Assembly (NCBI RefSeq): GCF_001194135.2
Contig: NC_069002.1
Coordinates: 27,550,440 to 27,585,616, forward strand
Length of the DNA: 35,177 nucleotides
Direction of reading: 5' to 3'
DNA from: Octopus bimaculoides
Lineage: Eukaryota
This document shows positions 10,686 through 21,934 of this stretch, piece by piece. How positions within the stretch are numbered: position 1 is the first letter of the stretch; each line of letters begins with the position of its first letter. The notes beneath the pieces are model-generated. The model ran no database searches. It had not been told where the DNA came from and worked only from the letters and a program-made list of their open reading frames with translations. A program made the position numbers and the translations under genes.

Positions 10686-11556
10686 GGGCTTTCCGATGTG
10701 TTGGTTTGTTTGTGTCCTGTTTGTGTCCCTTTAACCTAGCAGTCCGGCAGAAAGGACCGATAGAATAAGTACCAGGCTCAAAAGCAAAATAATACTGGGC
10801 TCGATTCGTTCGACTAAACCCTTTAAGGCGGTGCCCCAGCATGGCCGCAGTCCAGTGACCGAAGGAAATAAAAGAAGAGAAACAGGATTAATGAGCGAAA
10901 CAAAGAAACGCCTGAAGTGAAGGTGGAACTCACAACTCATTATTTGGTAAACAGATGAATTGACTACAGGGTCATGCTACGGCTACCTTTTATTGATTGG
11001 TAGTTATTGTAAAATATCTATCTATTGTGGTGTCTTCATTCTTTTAATCCTCAACAATGAGAAATAGAATATTAATGAGAAAGAATTCAGGATTTTGATG
11101 AAAGACAACAAATAAATAGATAGATAGATAAACAAGTAAATAAATAAACAGCGTTGACATGGCAACGGTACTATTTATCATACGCTGTCATTAAAGTTCA
11201 TTTATAGAAATATTGTGAGCCCAGAGCTTCATTGCTGAAGGAACAGCGACGTTTAGTGTAACGCCACTGATTAAAATTCCTTTATTAACATTTTACAACC
11301 CACCATTAACGTTGTCTGATCTATTTCCCCAGGAAGTCATTATAAAAAGAATGAATAAATGTTTGTGTCAGTTTAAAAAAAAGATAATTATCGGAAAAGA
11401 AATGTTCTATTGACGTAAAACAACAACAACAATATAAACAAAACTGCAACGTCTCTACCTTTGTTTTTGCAGATTAAATAATGTTATTGATTTAGGTACG
11501 GTTAAATGTGATTAGTTTTTTTCCTGCTTTAAGGTAGAAAAATATAAATAAGAATA

Positions 11557-11649
11557 GATAAATAAAACTCCAAAAATCTCCCGCTGATCCGTGTTTATGT
11601 TATGATTTTGCTTTCCTGAAGGTCAAACTGAAGAACACAAAAAATGTAC
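11557..11649 (+). repeat. ~92-bp direct repeat, copy 1
   Basis: Near-identical to 13311-13401. Confidence 0.9.
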
Positions 11650-11755
11650 CGAAAATTTATTTTATTGAAATTCATTACAGAAAAGACAAGATGTAATTTA
11701 AATACGAGTGAAGTGAATAAGAAGAAATGTGATATATTCAATGATACAAAATGGT

Positions 11756-11947
11756 GTGTCTTGCGGTGTGGTAGTTTGTCTGGGTTAATGACCCCGAGAA
11801 CCATGCCAGAGGAGTGGCAGATCCTGTTGGAGCCTTCTATGCTTGATCCATGCTGGTCAAAGGATAAAATCCAGACTAATATAGACCACGTCTTTCTAGG
11901 GGCGATCTACAGGGTGGGCGAAAAACCACCTCTTTCCAGGGGTGATT
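11756..11947 (+). mobile_element. Probable 5' UTR of an RTE-clade LINE
   Basis: CCCGAGAACCATGCC...GGTCAAAGGATAAAATCCAGACTAA resembles recalled RTE 5' UTR consensus sequences. Confidence 0.4.
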
Positions 11948-11949
11948 TA

Positions 11950-12864
11950 CAGGTAGGGTGAAAAGTTAGTAGGCATAAAAAAATGGCAATAAAATCCATA
12001 TTCCTTTGACAAATTTATTGAAACAAACGATACATGTTCTTTATTACATGGAAAATGAGAGTAAATCTTCATATTTCAACGTAAGCACTGGTGGTGTCAA
12101 CCAGTTTCCTCAAATGGCCAGGGATGGAACGAACAACGTTCAGAAGGGTGTCGTCTGGGATATCATTGAGAACCTCCTGAATCCGTGTCTTCAAGTCCTC
12201 AAGTGCGCGAGGTTTTGTCTTGTCCACCTCCATTTTTGTGTCACCCAACAGGTAAAAATCACACGGAGTGAGGTCTGGACTTCTTGGAGTTCTGGACTTC
12301 TGGACTTCTGGACTTCTGCGGTCACAGTCTTTAGGTTTTAGCTCCTGCACGAAATGGAGTTTCCACAGACGAAAATTCAATTCTTTATGCAACACTGTAC
12401 GTGTTGTGTGTCTTGTTAGTCCACTTTCATGAGCTGCTTGACGTATTGATTTTTGCGGGCTGCGATAAAACCTTTCCTGCACTGTTGCCACGTTATCCGC
12501 TGATTGGGATGTGGTTGGACGGCCATTTCTTCTTGCATCGTTCACAGAGCCCGTGGTCATCAGCTTTGCTTGACAACTTTTTATGGTCTCCGGACACAGT
12601 GTTGCATGTTTACTTTTCCATGCACGCCACCATCTCTGAACCCAAACAATGGAATTCCTCACTTGACAGCATGCTGTTACCTTAGTTCGCTCCTTATTAG
12701 TCAATCGACCGGTCATCTGGAAAATAAGAAATAAGACTATAAGAAAATAATAAAAAAAATCCTCATTAGTGTTGTCTGTTTAGAAAATGCATTTGTCATG
12801 GCTTCAGTAATACTAAACATTCTATAAGCAATTTCTAATGCCTAATGACTTTCTACCCACCCTG
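11950..12864 (-). mobile_element. Internally deleted Tc1/mariner-superfamily element (rosa/DD41D-like) with an open 215-aa ORF
   Basis: TA flanks at 11948-49 and 12865-66, with imperfect TIRs. ORF 12716-12069 has an N-terminal DNA-binding region (GSVNDARRNGRP, RSPQKSIRQAA) fused to PRSPDLTPCDFY. The family assignment is tentative. Confidence 0.85.
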
Positions 12865-12866
12865 TA

Positions 12867-13150
12867 TATTAGTGCCAGAGGTGAAAATGGGTCCACGTAG
12901 AGCCCTTACCGACGTAAAAAAAGCAAGTTACAGAAGCATCGATGACAATTTAGAATCAACAAGATCTAGGAGAGGAAGGCAGTCCATTTGGGAAATATAT
13001 GCCCGAAGCGCAAGTGAAGATGGAAACCACAAGGAGGCAGAAGAGGCTGAAAAAGTAAAGGGAAAAGCGGGAAAAAGCTACGCAGATTCGAGAAGAATGG
13101 AGAAAGGTCGTCGATGGCCTATGCTCTATAGGGAGCGAAAGGTTTAACTA
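12867..13150 (+). mobile_element. 3' end of an RTE-clade LINE
   Basis: Degenerate RRGRQSIW followed by AQIREEWRKVVDGLCSIGSERFN*, an RTE C-terminus. Confidence 0.65.
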
Positions 13151-13310
13151 AATAAAGAAATGACACCAAAGGTAGGGTATTGAACTTAATAGGAGCTGGA
13201 TTGTAGTGTTGTCAATAATAAGTCATAGCTAGTCTTAAGACGTAACCTTGCGTCTGGGGATATATGAGGTTACTTAGAATTTATGGCGTTATAATAGATC
13301 TCTTAAGAAT

Positions 13311-13401
13311 GATAAATAAAACTCCAAAATCCCCCGCTGATCCGTGTTTATGTTATGATTTTGCTTTCCTGAAGGTCAACTGAAGAACACAAAAAATGTA
13401 C
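13311..13401 (+). repeat. ~92-bp direct repeat, copy 2
   Basis: Near-identical to 11557-11649. Confidence 0.9.
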
Positions 13402-15029
13402 TTTTTATGAATTATGAATTAAATGAATAAATATGTGGCATCAATAACGCTTACGTTACTAGAACTGTTTTTAACTCAAAACTGAATTTTGTTTTACTTG
13501 TGCGGCGCTGTTAAATATCAGCAGATAGATTTTACGCTATTTGTATATACCTCGGACGAGCGATTTGAAGTCCTTTCGAGGGTGACTCGAGTATACGGTA
13601 CCGATGAGCTGAAATAACTGCAAATCATCAATATCTGTCGTTCTTGTTCACCAAGATTTATTTCGCCTGGTTTTGAGAAATGCAGTGTCTTTTTTTAACA
13701 CTTTGCGTCTTAAAGGGATTTTCTTTGTACGAAATACCGAAACCTGAAAATATTTAAACAAAACACATACATTGAGTATGACATCGGCAATGTCATTAGA
13801 GCTGCTTCTAACTCAAAGTTTAATTTTATAAATAGATATAACTCGGCTAGAATTTCGGTCCAATAGTATTTGGTTGTTCGATCAATTAAACGACCAAGCT
13901 TATTGAATTAGCACTTAAGTGACTGAGTATTCCACAGACATGTATACTTTGAATGCATTTGTGGGGCGTGACACAGTGTGACAAGTCTCGACCAAGTATA
14001 ATTCATCCGACAGGCTTCCGAACAGTTTCCGTCCTCCCAATTTCACTCACGAAGGGTGGTTCGAGGCTATAGAACAGGTATGGGCCACATATTTTTGAGA
14101 AGTGGGCCGCATGAAACATGGCTCATCATCAGACGAGCCGGGCTGCAAAAAAAAAAAACCCCAAAACAAGAGGTGAAGGTAATTTTCCGTTAAGCGTGCC
14201 ATTCAGAAACTTCCGCTGGTCGAAGTTTGTCATTAGATGTGATAAAAAATAACATTTACCGAAGGTATCACACAACGGAGTCGAAACCGCAGACACCATA
14301 TTACAGAGTGAGAATCTAGACCATTCGTCCATACTCTGCCTACTACCTATGATTTAGTAGCAGATGAAATACATAAACCGAAGAAGGATAATGCTATTGA
14401 ATGAAAGCAAAAGAATCTGGAGAGGCTAATATCTACAGTTGTCCTGATTAAATATTTCTGTTTTAAAGTGTTAAGCTTTTGTAACCATTCTCTTCTTTTT
14501 ATATCCTTCTAAAACAACACCATTCTTAAAAACAAATTCTAATCTATCTACTTGTATCAAATCCTAGCGAAATTTGAAATCCAGTTATCAAGTATTTCTC
14601 ATTTTCACATCATAAATCCATCACCAGCAACACTTATAAATCTCGCCTATCCATTCACTAATCCTCATGTAACATCTAATATTGCTTCACACGCAACTAC
14701 TTCTTTCCCATCTTCCATGTTGTTTATATTCGTAAAGTAAAACATGAACGAAATTGTTTAGAAAAGTGATCTCCCAGGAGTTGTTTTTTTGAGTCTTATT
14801 TTTCAACATAGAACGTTTGATCAAATGATATCAACCTGGATATGGATTTTCTAAAAAGTAGATTTTAACGTTTCAGCCCATGTTTTTTCCTTATATTTAT
14901 TTAAGTGCGGTACCACTGGCAGAAATATTTGAGGAACTAAACGATTATTTCGATCTATTCAACAAGAGAACAATACGACTCCCTTGGACGGTGCCTTGCT
15001 TTTACAAACTATAGTTATTTGCCTCTACA

Positions 15030-15384
15030 TATACATGTATGCATACATGCATGTATTTGTGCATGTACACATGTATCTATGCAGGTATGTATGTGTGTAT
15101 GTATGTATGTATGTATGTATGTATGTATGTATGTATGTATCCGTGTGTGTATGTATTATGTATGTTCCGCTCTTTCTCTTTCTAATTTGGAGTAAATTTT
15201 GACGGGCCACCTACTTGGTAGCAAGGTTTTGAAGGAAAGCATCTTGTTTTGTTCATCATCCAACAAATCTGTCTATCTATCTGTCTGTCTGGTTATATAT
15301 CAGTTTATTTATATCTATCTATCTGTTTGTCTGCCTGTCTATCTGTCTTTCTGTCTGTCGATCTTCCTACCCATCTATTTTTCC

Positions 15385-15453
<69 letters not shown>

Positions 15454-15483
15454 GATACACATACATGTATATATATATGTATA

Positions 15484-15535
<52 letters not shown>

Positions 15536-15670
15536 TATGTATACATACGTATATATACATACATATTTCTCTACATACATATATATATATATCCACATAT
15601 ATATTATATACATATATGCATACATACATGTATGTATATATACATATGCATGTATATATATATTTATATG
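15030..15670. repeat. Compound microsatellite block: (TATG)n, (ATCT)n, (TA)n
   Basis: Seen directly. Many other (TA)n, (CA)n, (TTA)n and (CAT)n tracts occur, mostly at gap edges. Confidence 0.95.
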
Positions 15671-16950
15671 CACAAACATATACTCGACGGGCTTCAATAC
15701 AGTTTTCATTTACCAGATTCATACACAAGTGATTGGTCTGTTCTTGGGGCTATAGTAGAAAACACGTACCCGGGGCAGATGCACTGCTGTGGGACTGAAC
15801 CCGAGACACCTTGATCGCAAAAGCGAGCCTCTTCACCCCACTTCGATGCCATTCACTTCAGTTGTAATTGCTAAAAGATTTGCATGTCATAGTACTTATT
15901 ACTAAATAATACTTTATGAAATAGTAAAATAACATGGCTTTTGTTTTATATTAAATATTTCTAGACTCCAATGTTTCTGTATCTCTATAAATAGTGTTTT
16001 CGATTGTTTTAGAAAGTCTATTCAATAATTTTCCTTGTTGCGATAATGGCTTTCTTTCAGCATTGAGATATTTAAACCTCAATATCGCTTATCACGTCAC
16101 ATTAACTAAATATAGTCTTTTTATATTGAATTGTTTATTCGTTTGTGTTTTCGATAAACTTTTGGTATATTCTGACTCTGATTAAATGAACGACATTCTG
16201 CTACTGCTTTCTGCTGTCGCTTTGCTCCATAACTAAATATATATTTTGTATGAGTTAGTCATATTCTTATTTGACCTGAACCGTAAAAGTATATTATCTT
16301 GTTTTTCACTCTTATGCGATTACAGCACAATTGTATAAAGCTATGTCAAAAATTGTGTTGCAGGTATGGTGACATTGAGGCAACTTTCTACCGACAATGT
16401 GCACAGTGAAGTTTTTCAGAGGTAAAATATATTTTATATTCAGTAAATATTAAGTGTATATTAAATTTATATGACCTGAGCATAAGATCTTCAGGGCGGG
16501 AGTGGATATACCCTTTCATGTTTTATATGTGTTTATGGATTCATTATAGTGGGCTCATATATATATATATATANNNNNNNNNNNNNNNNNNNNNNNNNNN
16601 NNNNNNNNNNNNNNNNNNNNNNNNNNNNNNNNNNNNNNNNNNNNNNNNNNNNNNNNNNNNNNNNNNNNNNNNNNNNNNNNNNNNNNNNNNNNNNNNNNNN
16701 NNNNNNNNNNNNNNNNNNNNNNNNNNNNNNNNNNNNNNNNNNNNNNNNNNNNNNNNNNNNNNNNNNNNNNNNNNNNNNNNNNNNNNNNNNNNNNNNNNNN
16801 NNNNNNNNNNNNNNNNNNNNNNNNNNNNNNNNNNNNNNNNNNNNNNNNNNNNNNNNNNNNNNNNNNNNNNNNNNNNNNNNNNNNNNNNNNNNNNNNNNNN
16901 NNNNNNNNNNNNNNNNNNNNNNNNNTATATATATATGTATGTATGTATGC

Positions 16951-17021
16951 AGAAGAAGAAGAAGAAGAAGAAGAAGAAGAAGAAGAAGAAGAAGAAGAAG
17001 AAGAAGAAGAAGAAGAAGAAG
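16951..17021. repeat. (AAG)n microsatellite
   Basis: Seen directly. Confidence 0.95.
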
Positions 17022-17149
17022 ACGAAGAAGAAGACGGGGATTAAAACGTCCAGGCAGATATCAATCAAACACTCAGTTTTAAACGCTTTTGGTTAACTAT
17101 ATCAAACAATCAGACACCAAGAGATGCAAGCAGATACAGCAGAAACGGT

Positions 17150-17443
17150 CGTCGTGGGTTAAAGCAGAAGAAAGTGCCACGTAGACTGCGGCCAAGCTGG
17201 ACAACCGTATTTAGTCGAACAAGTCAACCCCAGGACTTATTCTATGTAAGGCTAGTACTTATTTTATCGGTCTCTTTTGCCGAAGCGCAAGGTTACGGGG
17301 ACGTAAACACACCAACATCGGTTATCAAGCGATGGTGGGGGACACACAGATGCACACAAATACACACACACACACACATATATATACGACGGACTTCTTT
17401 CAGTTTTCGTCTGCCAAATCCACTCACAAGGCTTTGGTCGGCT
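17150..17443 (-). mobile_element. SINE family C, cut by a gap
   Basis: Reverse-complement similarity to 21680-21900. Confidence 0.8.
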
Positions 17444-18214
17444 NNNNNNNNNNNNNNNNNNNNNNNNNNNNNNNNNNNNNNNNNNNNNNNNNNNNNNNNN
17501 NNNNNNNNNNNNNNNNNNNNNNNNNNNNNNNNNNNNNNNNNNNAAAAAATAAAAAAAGATATATAATGTTCTTATTAAGGTAATATATGTAGTTTGCATG
17601 TAAGTATTATGTAATAAATGGTTCCTTTTAGTTTCTCTCTGTGAAATCTATTCTAATAACACCTCAAACAGCCTTTGACTATAATAGAAGATATTTGCCC
17701 AAGGTGCTACACATGGGGCTGAATGCAAAATATCACATGGTTGTGAAAAAAATTTCTAAATTGCACACCCTTGCCTGTGCTAGCATAAAAAAAAAGACAT
17801 TAAAACAATAACAAGGATCAAATAAAACAGTCATAGTTATAAATAATTTTTTCAAATTATTAAAAATAAGTTACCGGCATGGCTATGGGTAAGAAGTTTG
17901 CTTCCAAATACATGGTTCTGGGTTCAGTCCCACTTCATGACAACTTGGGAAAGTGTCTTCTACTATAGCCTTGTGAGAGGATTTGGTAGACAGAAACTGA
18001 AAGAAGCCAGATGTGTGTATATGTGTATATATATATGATATCCAATCAAGGTGCAGCAATGGCGTAATCCAACAGGAACAGTAATCCGAGGTACAATAAT
18101 TCCAGGAACTGGGTACTCCAAGTTCAGTCAAAAGGCTGGGATCCACAATGTAACCTCGTGGATATCGTTGGCGACTTTTTCTTCTTCCGTTTTCCCTTCT
18201 TTGGACTTTCCTAT

Positions 18215-18249
18215 GTTTCCGACGAAGAGCTCTGCTCAAAACGTCAAAT
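18215..18249 (+). ncRNA. Degenerate minimal hammerhead motif (two core mutations)
   Basis: GTTT-CCGACGA-A-GAGC TCT GCTC-AAAA-C GTC-AAAT. Stems I and II pair, but the core has U4>C and G12>A. Confidence 0.45.
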
Positions 18250-18336
18250 TCTCATTCTTTCCTTTCCCAAGCGTCCAGTAACACAATCTGTATCACGTCC
18301 TCGCGTTGTTGTTTTTTGTCGTTTTTCTTTTTTGAA

Positions 18337-18370
<34 letters not shown>

Positions 18371-18565
18371 AAGGGAAAAGATTTTCTCCAATGCACAGAT
18401 TTCAATTTGAAGTACTGAAGAAATTCAAACCTGAGGCATTAGAATAATGTAGAAGTAAGAATTAAACTTCTACATATAAGTTCACAATTATATTTAAATC
18501 TATTCAGCCCTAGACCCAACATGCATGAATTTTTCCAAAAGTATATTCATTACATCAAACATAAG
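18371..18565 (-). repeat. 3' terminal-repeat (pLTR-like) copy of the PLE
   Basis: 18371-18470 is a direct repeat of about 20748-20850, and 18490-18565 recurs inverted at about 20883-20960. Confidence 0.6.
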
Positions 18566-18707
18566 ATACATAGAAAAGTATATACATATATATATTCTTT
18601 GTATTATTACATTATTGAACGCACACGTCCTATTTTACAAGTAAGTCTACTATTATTCTGACGTGACTATCTTTCTATCTATCTATCTGTCTATCTATCT
18701 TTCTATC

Positions 18708-18928
18708 TATTTATCTATCTGTCTTCCTCCATCTTTCTATCTATACCTCTGTCCTGGCCTCTACTTCAGTGCTATACCCTTCTGTCCCTTCCTCCTTGTT
18801 CCACTTCCTCCCTCCACCATCCTCTCTATCTATTTATCTATCTGTCTTCCTCTATCTTCCTATCTACCCTTCTGTCCTGGCCTCTACTTCACTGCTTCTG
18901 TCCCTTCCTCCTTGTTCCATTTCCTCCC
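18708..18928 (+). repeat. Pyrimidine-rich minisatellite, ~123-bp period, two copies running into a gap
   Basis: TATTTATCTATCTGTCTTCCTC...TGTCCTGGCCTCTACTTCA...CTTCCTCCTTGTTCCA occurs at about 18708 and 18831. Confidence 0.75.
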
Positions 18929-19529
18929 NNNNNNNNNNNNNNNNNNNNNNNNNNNNNNNNNNNNNNNNNNNNNNNNNNNNNNNNNNNNNNNNNNNNNNNN
19001 NNNNNNNNNNNNNNNNNNNNNNNNNNNNNNNNNNNNNNNNNNNNNNNNNNNNNNNNNNNNNNNNNNNNNNNNNNNNNNNNNNNNNNNNNNGTCTTGGTTT
19101 GTGTTTGCCACCTTGGAATCCTCTGTGTAGTTGGTTGATCCACTACTCAGGAAGAGACTATTCTAGAGTACGTCCTGTCTGGTCTTCGAAACGTCTAGAT
19201 AGAATAGAGACAGCTGATGAAGGGATATTCCAAGGGGCTTTCCGTTTTCCTATGTGTTCGTTCCGTTGTCTGTAGTTTATTGTTCTAACGTCCTGTACCC
19301 TGATATGCATGTATATACACATGTAGATGTAAGTATGTACATATATGTGTGTATACATGTATATATATTCTTTGTATTATATATATATATATATATATAC
19401 ATACACATTAAAAATATATCAAAAAACTAAATACATATGAAGGCCAACTTATAGATTATAAAACAAAGTCATAAAAAGAGTTAAGAGTGTATAAGATAAA
19501 AAATATGGATGTTACTAATCCAGTTAATA

Positions 19530-19617
19530 ATCCTACGGCCGTTTCTGGGGGTCCAGTTGTCCAATCATAAAAAAGATATTTACATCCATTTTTGGACACC
19601 ACCTCCTTCATCAGAGA
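19530..19617 (-). ncRNA. Hammerhead-like motif downstream of the PLE RT
   Basis: CTGATGA (19614-19608), a 62-nt stem II region containing TGTCCAA/TTGGACA, then GAAAC-GGCC-GTA (19545-19534). Stem I and the base of stem II are weak. Confidence 0.45.
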
Positions 19618-19904
19618 AAAATAAATTTCTAAAAAGTTTCACATGTACTGCGTTTTTCTAATGGGAATTACCTATTGAGTGTTTTTATAGAGCTATATGC
19701 AAAAGAACAGGGAGCGGAAGTGTTTTTGAGTGGCTGGAGGAGGAGAAACAATGCATGATAAGGCTATTGATGGCTTTATAGGTAGAGAGTAAGAGGAAGG
19801 GAATCATTATCATTGTTTAACGTCCGCTTTCCATGCTGGCATGGGTTGGACAGTTTGAATGAGGACTGGCAAGCCAGAAGGCTGTACCAGGCTCCAATCT
19901 GATC

Positions 19905-20698
19905 TAGTAAGGAGTGTGGATATTAAATATTTCCTCATTAGCTGATAAGTTAAAGATTCTTATTGAAATGCCTGTAATTACGCAGTCAAGGGTTATTCTA
20001 GGATGATTTGAAAAGACGTTTATATATGGCAAGGTTTGGTTAGGCTTGTGAAATGGGTAGTATAGATTTGTATTTAAATTGAGTGTAAGATCCAAAAAAA
20101 TCTACCACTTTGGTATTTGCTTCAAATGGGATGCTAATATTGTAATTTTCCAAAAATATTTTTAAAGATTTCTTTGTTCCTTCAACCACTGGTCGAGGTA
20201 ATCGTCTAACTATAAGGAGTGCATCGTCTCTATAGATTCTACCAGATATATTAGGGAAGTGCTGGCAGAAACATTAGCACGCCGGGCGAAATGCTTAGCG
20301 GTATTTTGTTTGTCTTCACGTTCTGAGTTCAGATTCCGTTGAGGTCAACTTTGCCTTTCATCCTTTCAGGGTCAATAAATTAAGTACCAGTTGCATACTG
20401 GGGTCGATCTAATTGACTAACCCCCTCCCCAAAAATTTCAGGCCTTGTGCCTAGAGTAGGAAAAAAAAAAAAAAAAATTTGCTAACAGAGGATTCGAAGG
20501 AGGGTTTTTATAGGATTTCAGGTTGTATGAATCCAATTCATTAGTCTGGTCAGGTTATTTTGATTTAAGGTCATAGAATAAAGCTCACCATCTCATTCTA
20601 TTAATCAATTCATTGGTCTTCTACAACAGGGCTTCTATAAATTCCCTTAATGGAATTGGGATATTTTTAGCAGAGATGCCTAAGAATTGTTCCTCCAT
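19905..20698 (-). mobile_element. Penelope-like retroelement ORF remnant (N-terminus + RT), interrupted by a SINE
   Basis: MEEQFLGISAKNIPIP..LL*KTNELINRMRW*ALF (20698-20482). After it come GRIYRDDALL (YRDD at 20234-20223), KVVDF/DLTLNLNT, PFHKPN, YINVFSNHP and SIRIFNLSANEEIFN, which are PLE RT motifs. Stops and a frameshift are present. Confidence 0.85.
20250..20478 (+). mobile_element. SINE family D with poly(A), inside the PLE
   Basis: Similar to 10465-10685. It ends in an A-run at 20461-20477. Confidence 0.8.
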
Positions 20699-20747
20699 CT
20701 CTTCTGTCTATCTGTAATGCTCTATTGAACTAATTGTATACGATTAG

Positions 20748-21003
20748 AAGGGAAAAGATTTTCTCCAATGCATAGATTTCACTTTGAAGTGCTCCAGATG
20801 TTCAAACCCGAAACGTTAGAATAATGTAGAAGAAAGAATCAAATTTATGCAAATCACATATTTTTATATATTTATATATTTTTAATATGTTTGATGTAAT
20901 GAATATACTTTTGGAGAAATTCATGCATGTTGGGTCTAGAGCTGAATAGATTTAAATATGTAAATTTGATTTGCCTAAATTTTAATCTTTCTTCTACATT
21001 ATA
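20748..21003 (-). repeat. 5' terminal-repeat region of the PLE with an inverted segment
   Basis: A direct copy of 18371-18470 is followed by an inverted copy of the adjacent part of that repeat. Confidence 0.6.
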
Positions 21004-21304
21004 TATGCAAGTGTGTGTGTGTGTGTGTATATATGTGTGTTTTTGTCCCCCACCACTGCTTGCATTTACATCCCCATAACCTAGCGGTGTGGCAAAAAGT
21101 ACTGAGGTCGATTCATTCAAGTAAAAATTCTTCAAGGCAGCGCCCCAGCATGGCCACAGTCTAATGAATGAAACAAGTAAAAGAAAAGATAAAAGATTTT
21201 AAAAAAAGGAAGTAAACAGCTTGCAGGTCTCAGAAACAAAACTGATTTTATCATCACAAACTTTCCCCCATGTGTGACCAAACAAAATATAATTTCCTAA
21301 ACTC

Positions 21305-21310
21305 TTTATT
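21305..21310 (-). terminator. Polyadenylation signal AATAAA of ZNHIT6
   Basis: TTTATT on the + strand, just downstream of the predicted stop codon. Confidence 0.6.
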
Positions 21311-21332
21311 TACATAAACTCTGACCCTAGTT

Positions 21333-21376
21333 TCAACTTCCTGTCTCTTCTAATTTGTCTTTTGCTGTTTCTGAAT
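21333..21376 (-). CDS. ZNHIT6: ZNHIT6/BCD1 terminal exon 8, coding part
   Basis: ttctcatttattccag| (N)SETAKDKLEETGS TGA. It is phase 1, matching the exon 7 donor, and AATAAA follows about 22 nt after the stop. There is no homology support for this short tail. Confidence 0.7.
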
Positions 21377-21581
21377 CTGGAATAAATGAGAAAGTATACA
21401 AGATTACATAATGAATCAAACGCGTCTGGTGAGTTTCACCGTCATCAATTCACTGCTTTTTCTCCACAAAATAGTTTTAATGGTGAGATGCTATGGATAT
21501 ATTTTAATGGTGAAATCTCCTGCGATGACTTGATGGCAAATCAAATCAAATTGAATTACATAAAATATGTCTTCAGAAGAC

Positions 21582-21930
21582 GCAGGAGTGGCTATGTGAT
21601 AAGTAGCTTGCTTACCAACCACATGGTTTTGGGTTCTGTCCCACTGCGTGGCACCTTGGGCAAGTGTCTTCTACTATAGCCTCAGGCCGACCAAAGCCTT
21701 GTGAGTGGATTTGGTAGACGGAAACTGAAAGAAGCCCATCGTATATATGTATGTGTGTTTGTCCCCCCCTACATCGCTTGACAACCGATGCTGGTGTGTT
21801 TACGTCCGTGTAACTTAGCAGTTCGGCACAAAGAGACCGATAGAATAAGTACTAGGCTTACAAAGAATAAGTCCTGGTGCTCCAGCATGGCCGCAGTCAA
21901 ATGACTGAAACAAGTAAAAGAGTAAGAGAG
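21582..21930 (+). mobile_element. SINE family C (the most abundant family here), near full length
   Basis: GGAGTGGCT..GTAAGTAGCTTGCTTACCAACCACATGG...GGCACCTTGGGCAAGTG...CAGCATGGCCGCAGTC. Related copies lie near 8447, 15680, 17150, 17875, 24500, 26275, 28110, 28535, 29116, 30062, 33362 and 34797. Confidence 0.85.
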
Positions 21931-21934
21931 TATA

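Noticed and set aside
11628-11665. CTGAAGA...GAAA as another hammerhead
   Set aside because: Stem II does not close on the core, the pairing is AT-rich and likely chance, and the second copy at 13380 lacks GAAA.
16364-16421. Small + strand exon MVTLRQLSTDNVHSEVFQR
   Set aside because: It is only 58 nt with no recognisable homology, and the site reads equally well as a donor. The support is insufficient.
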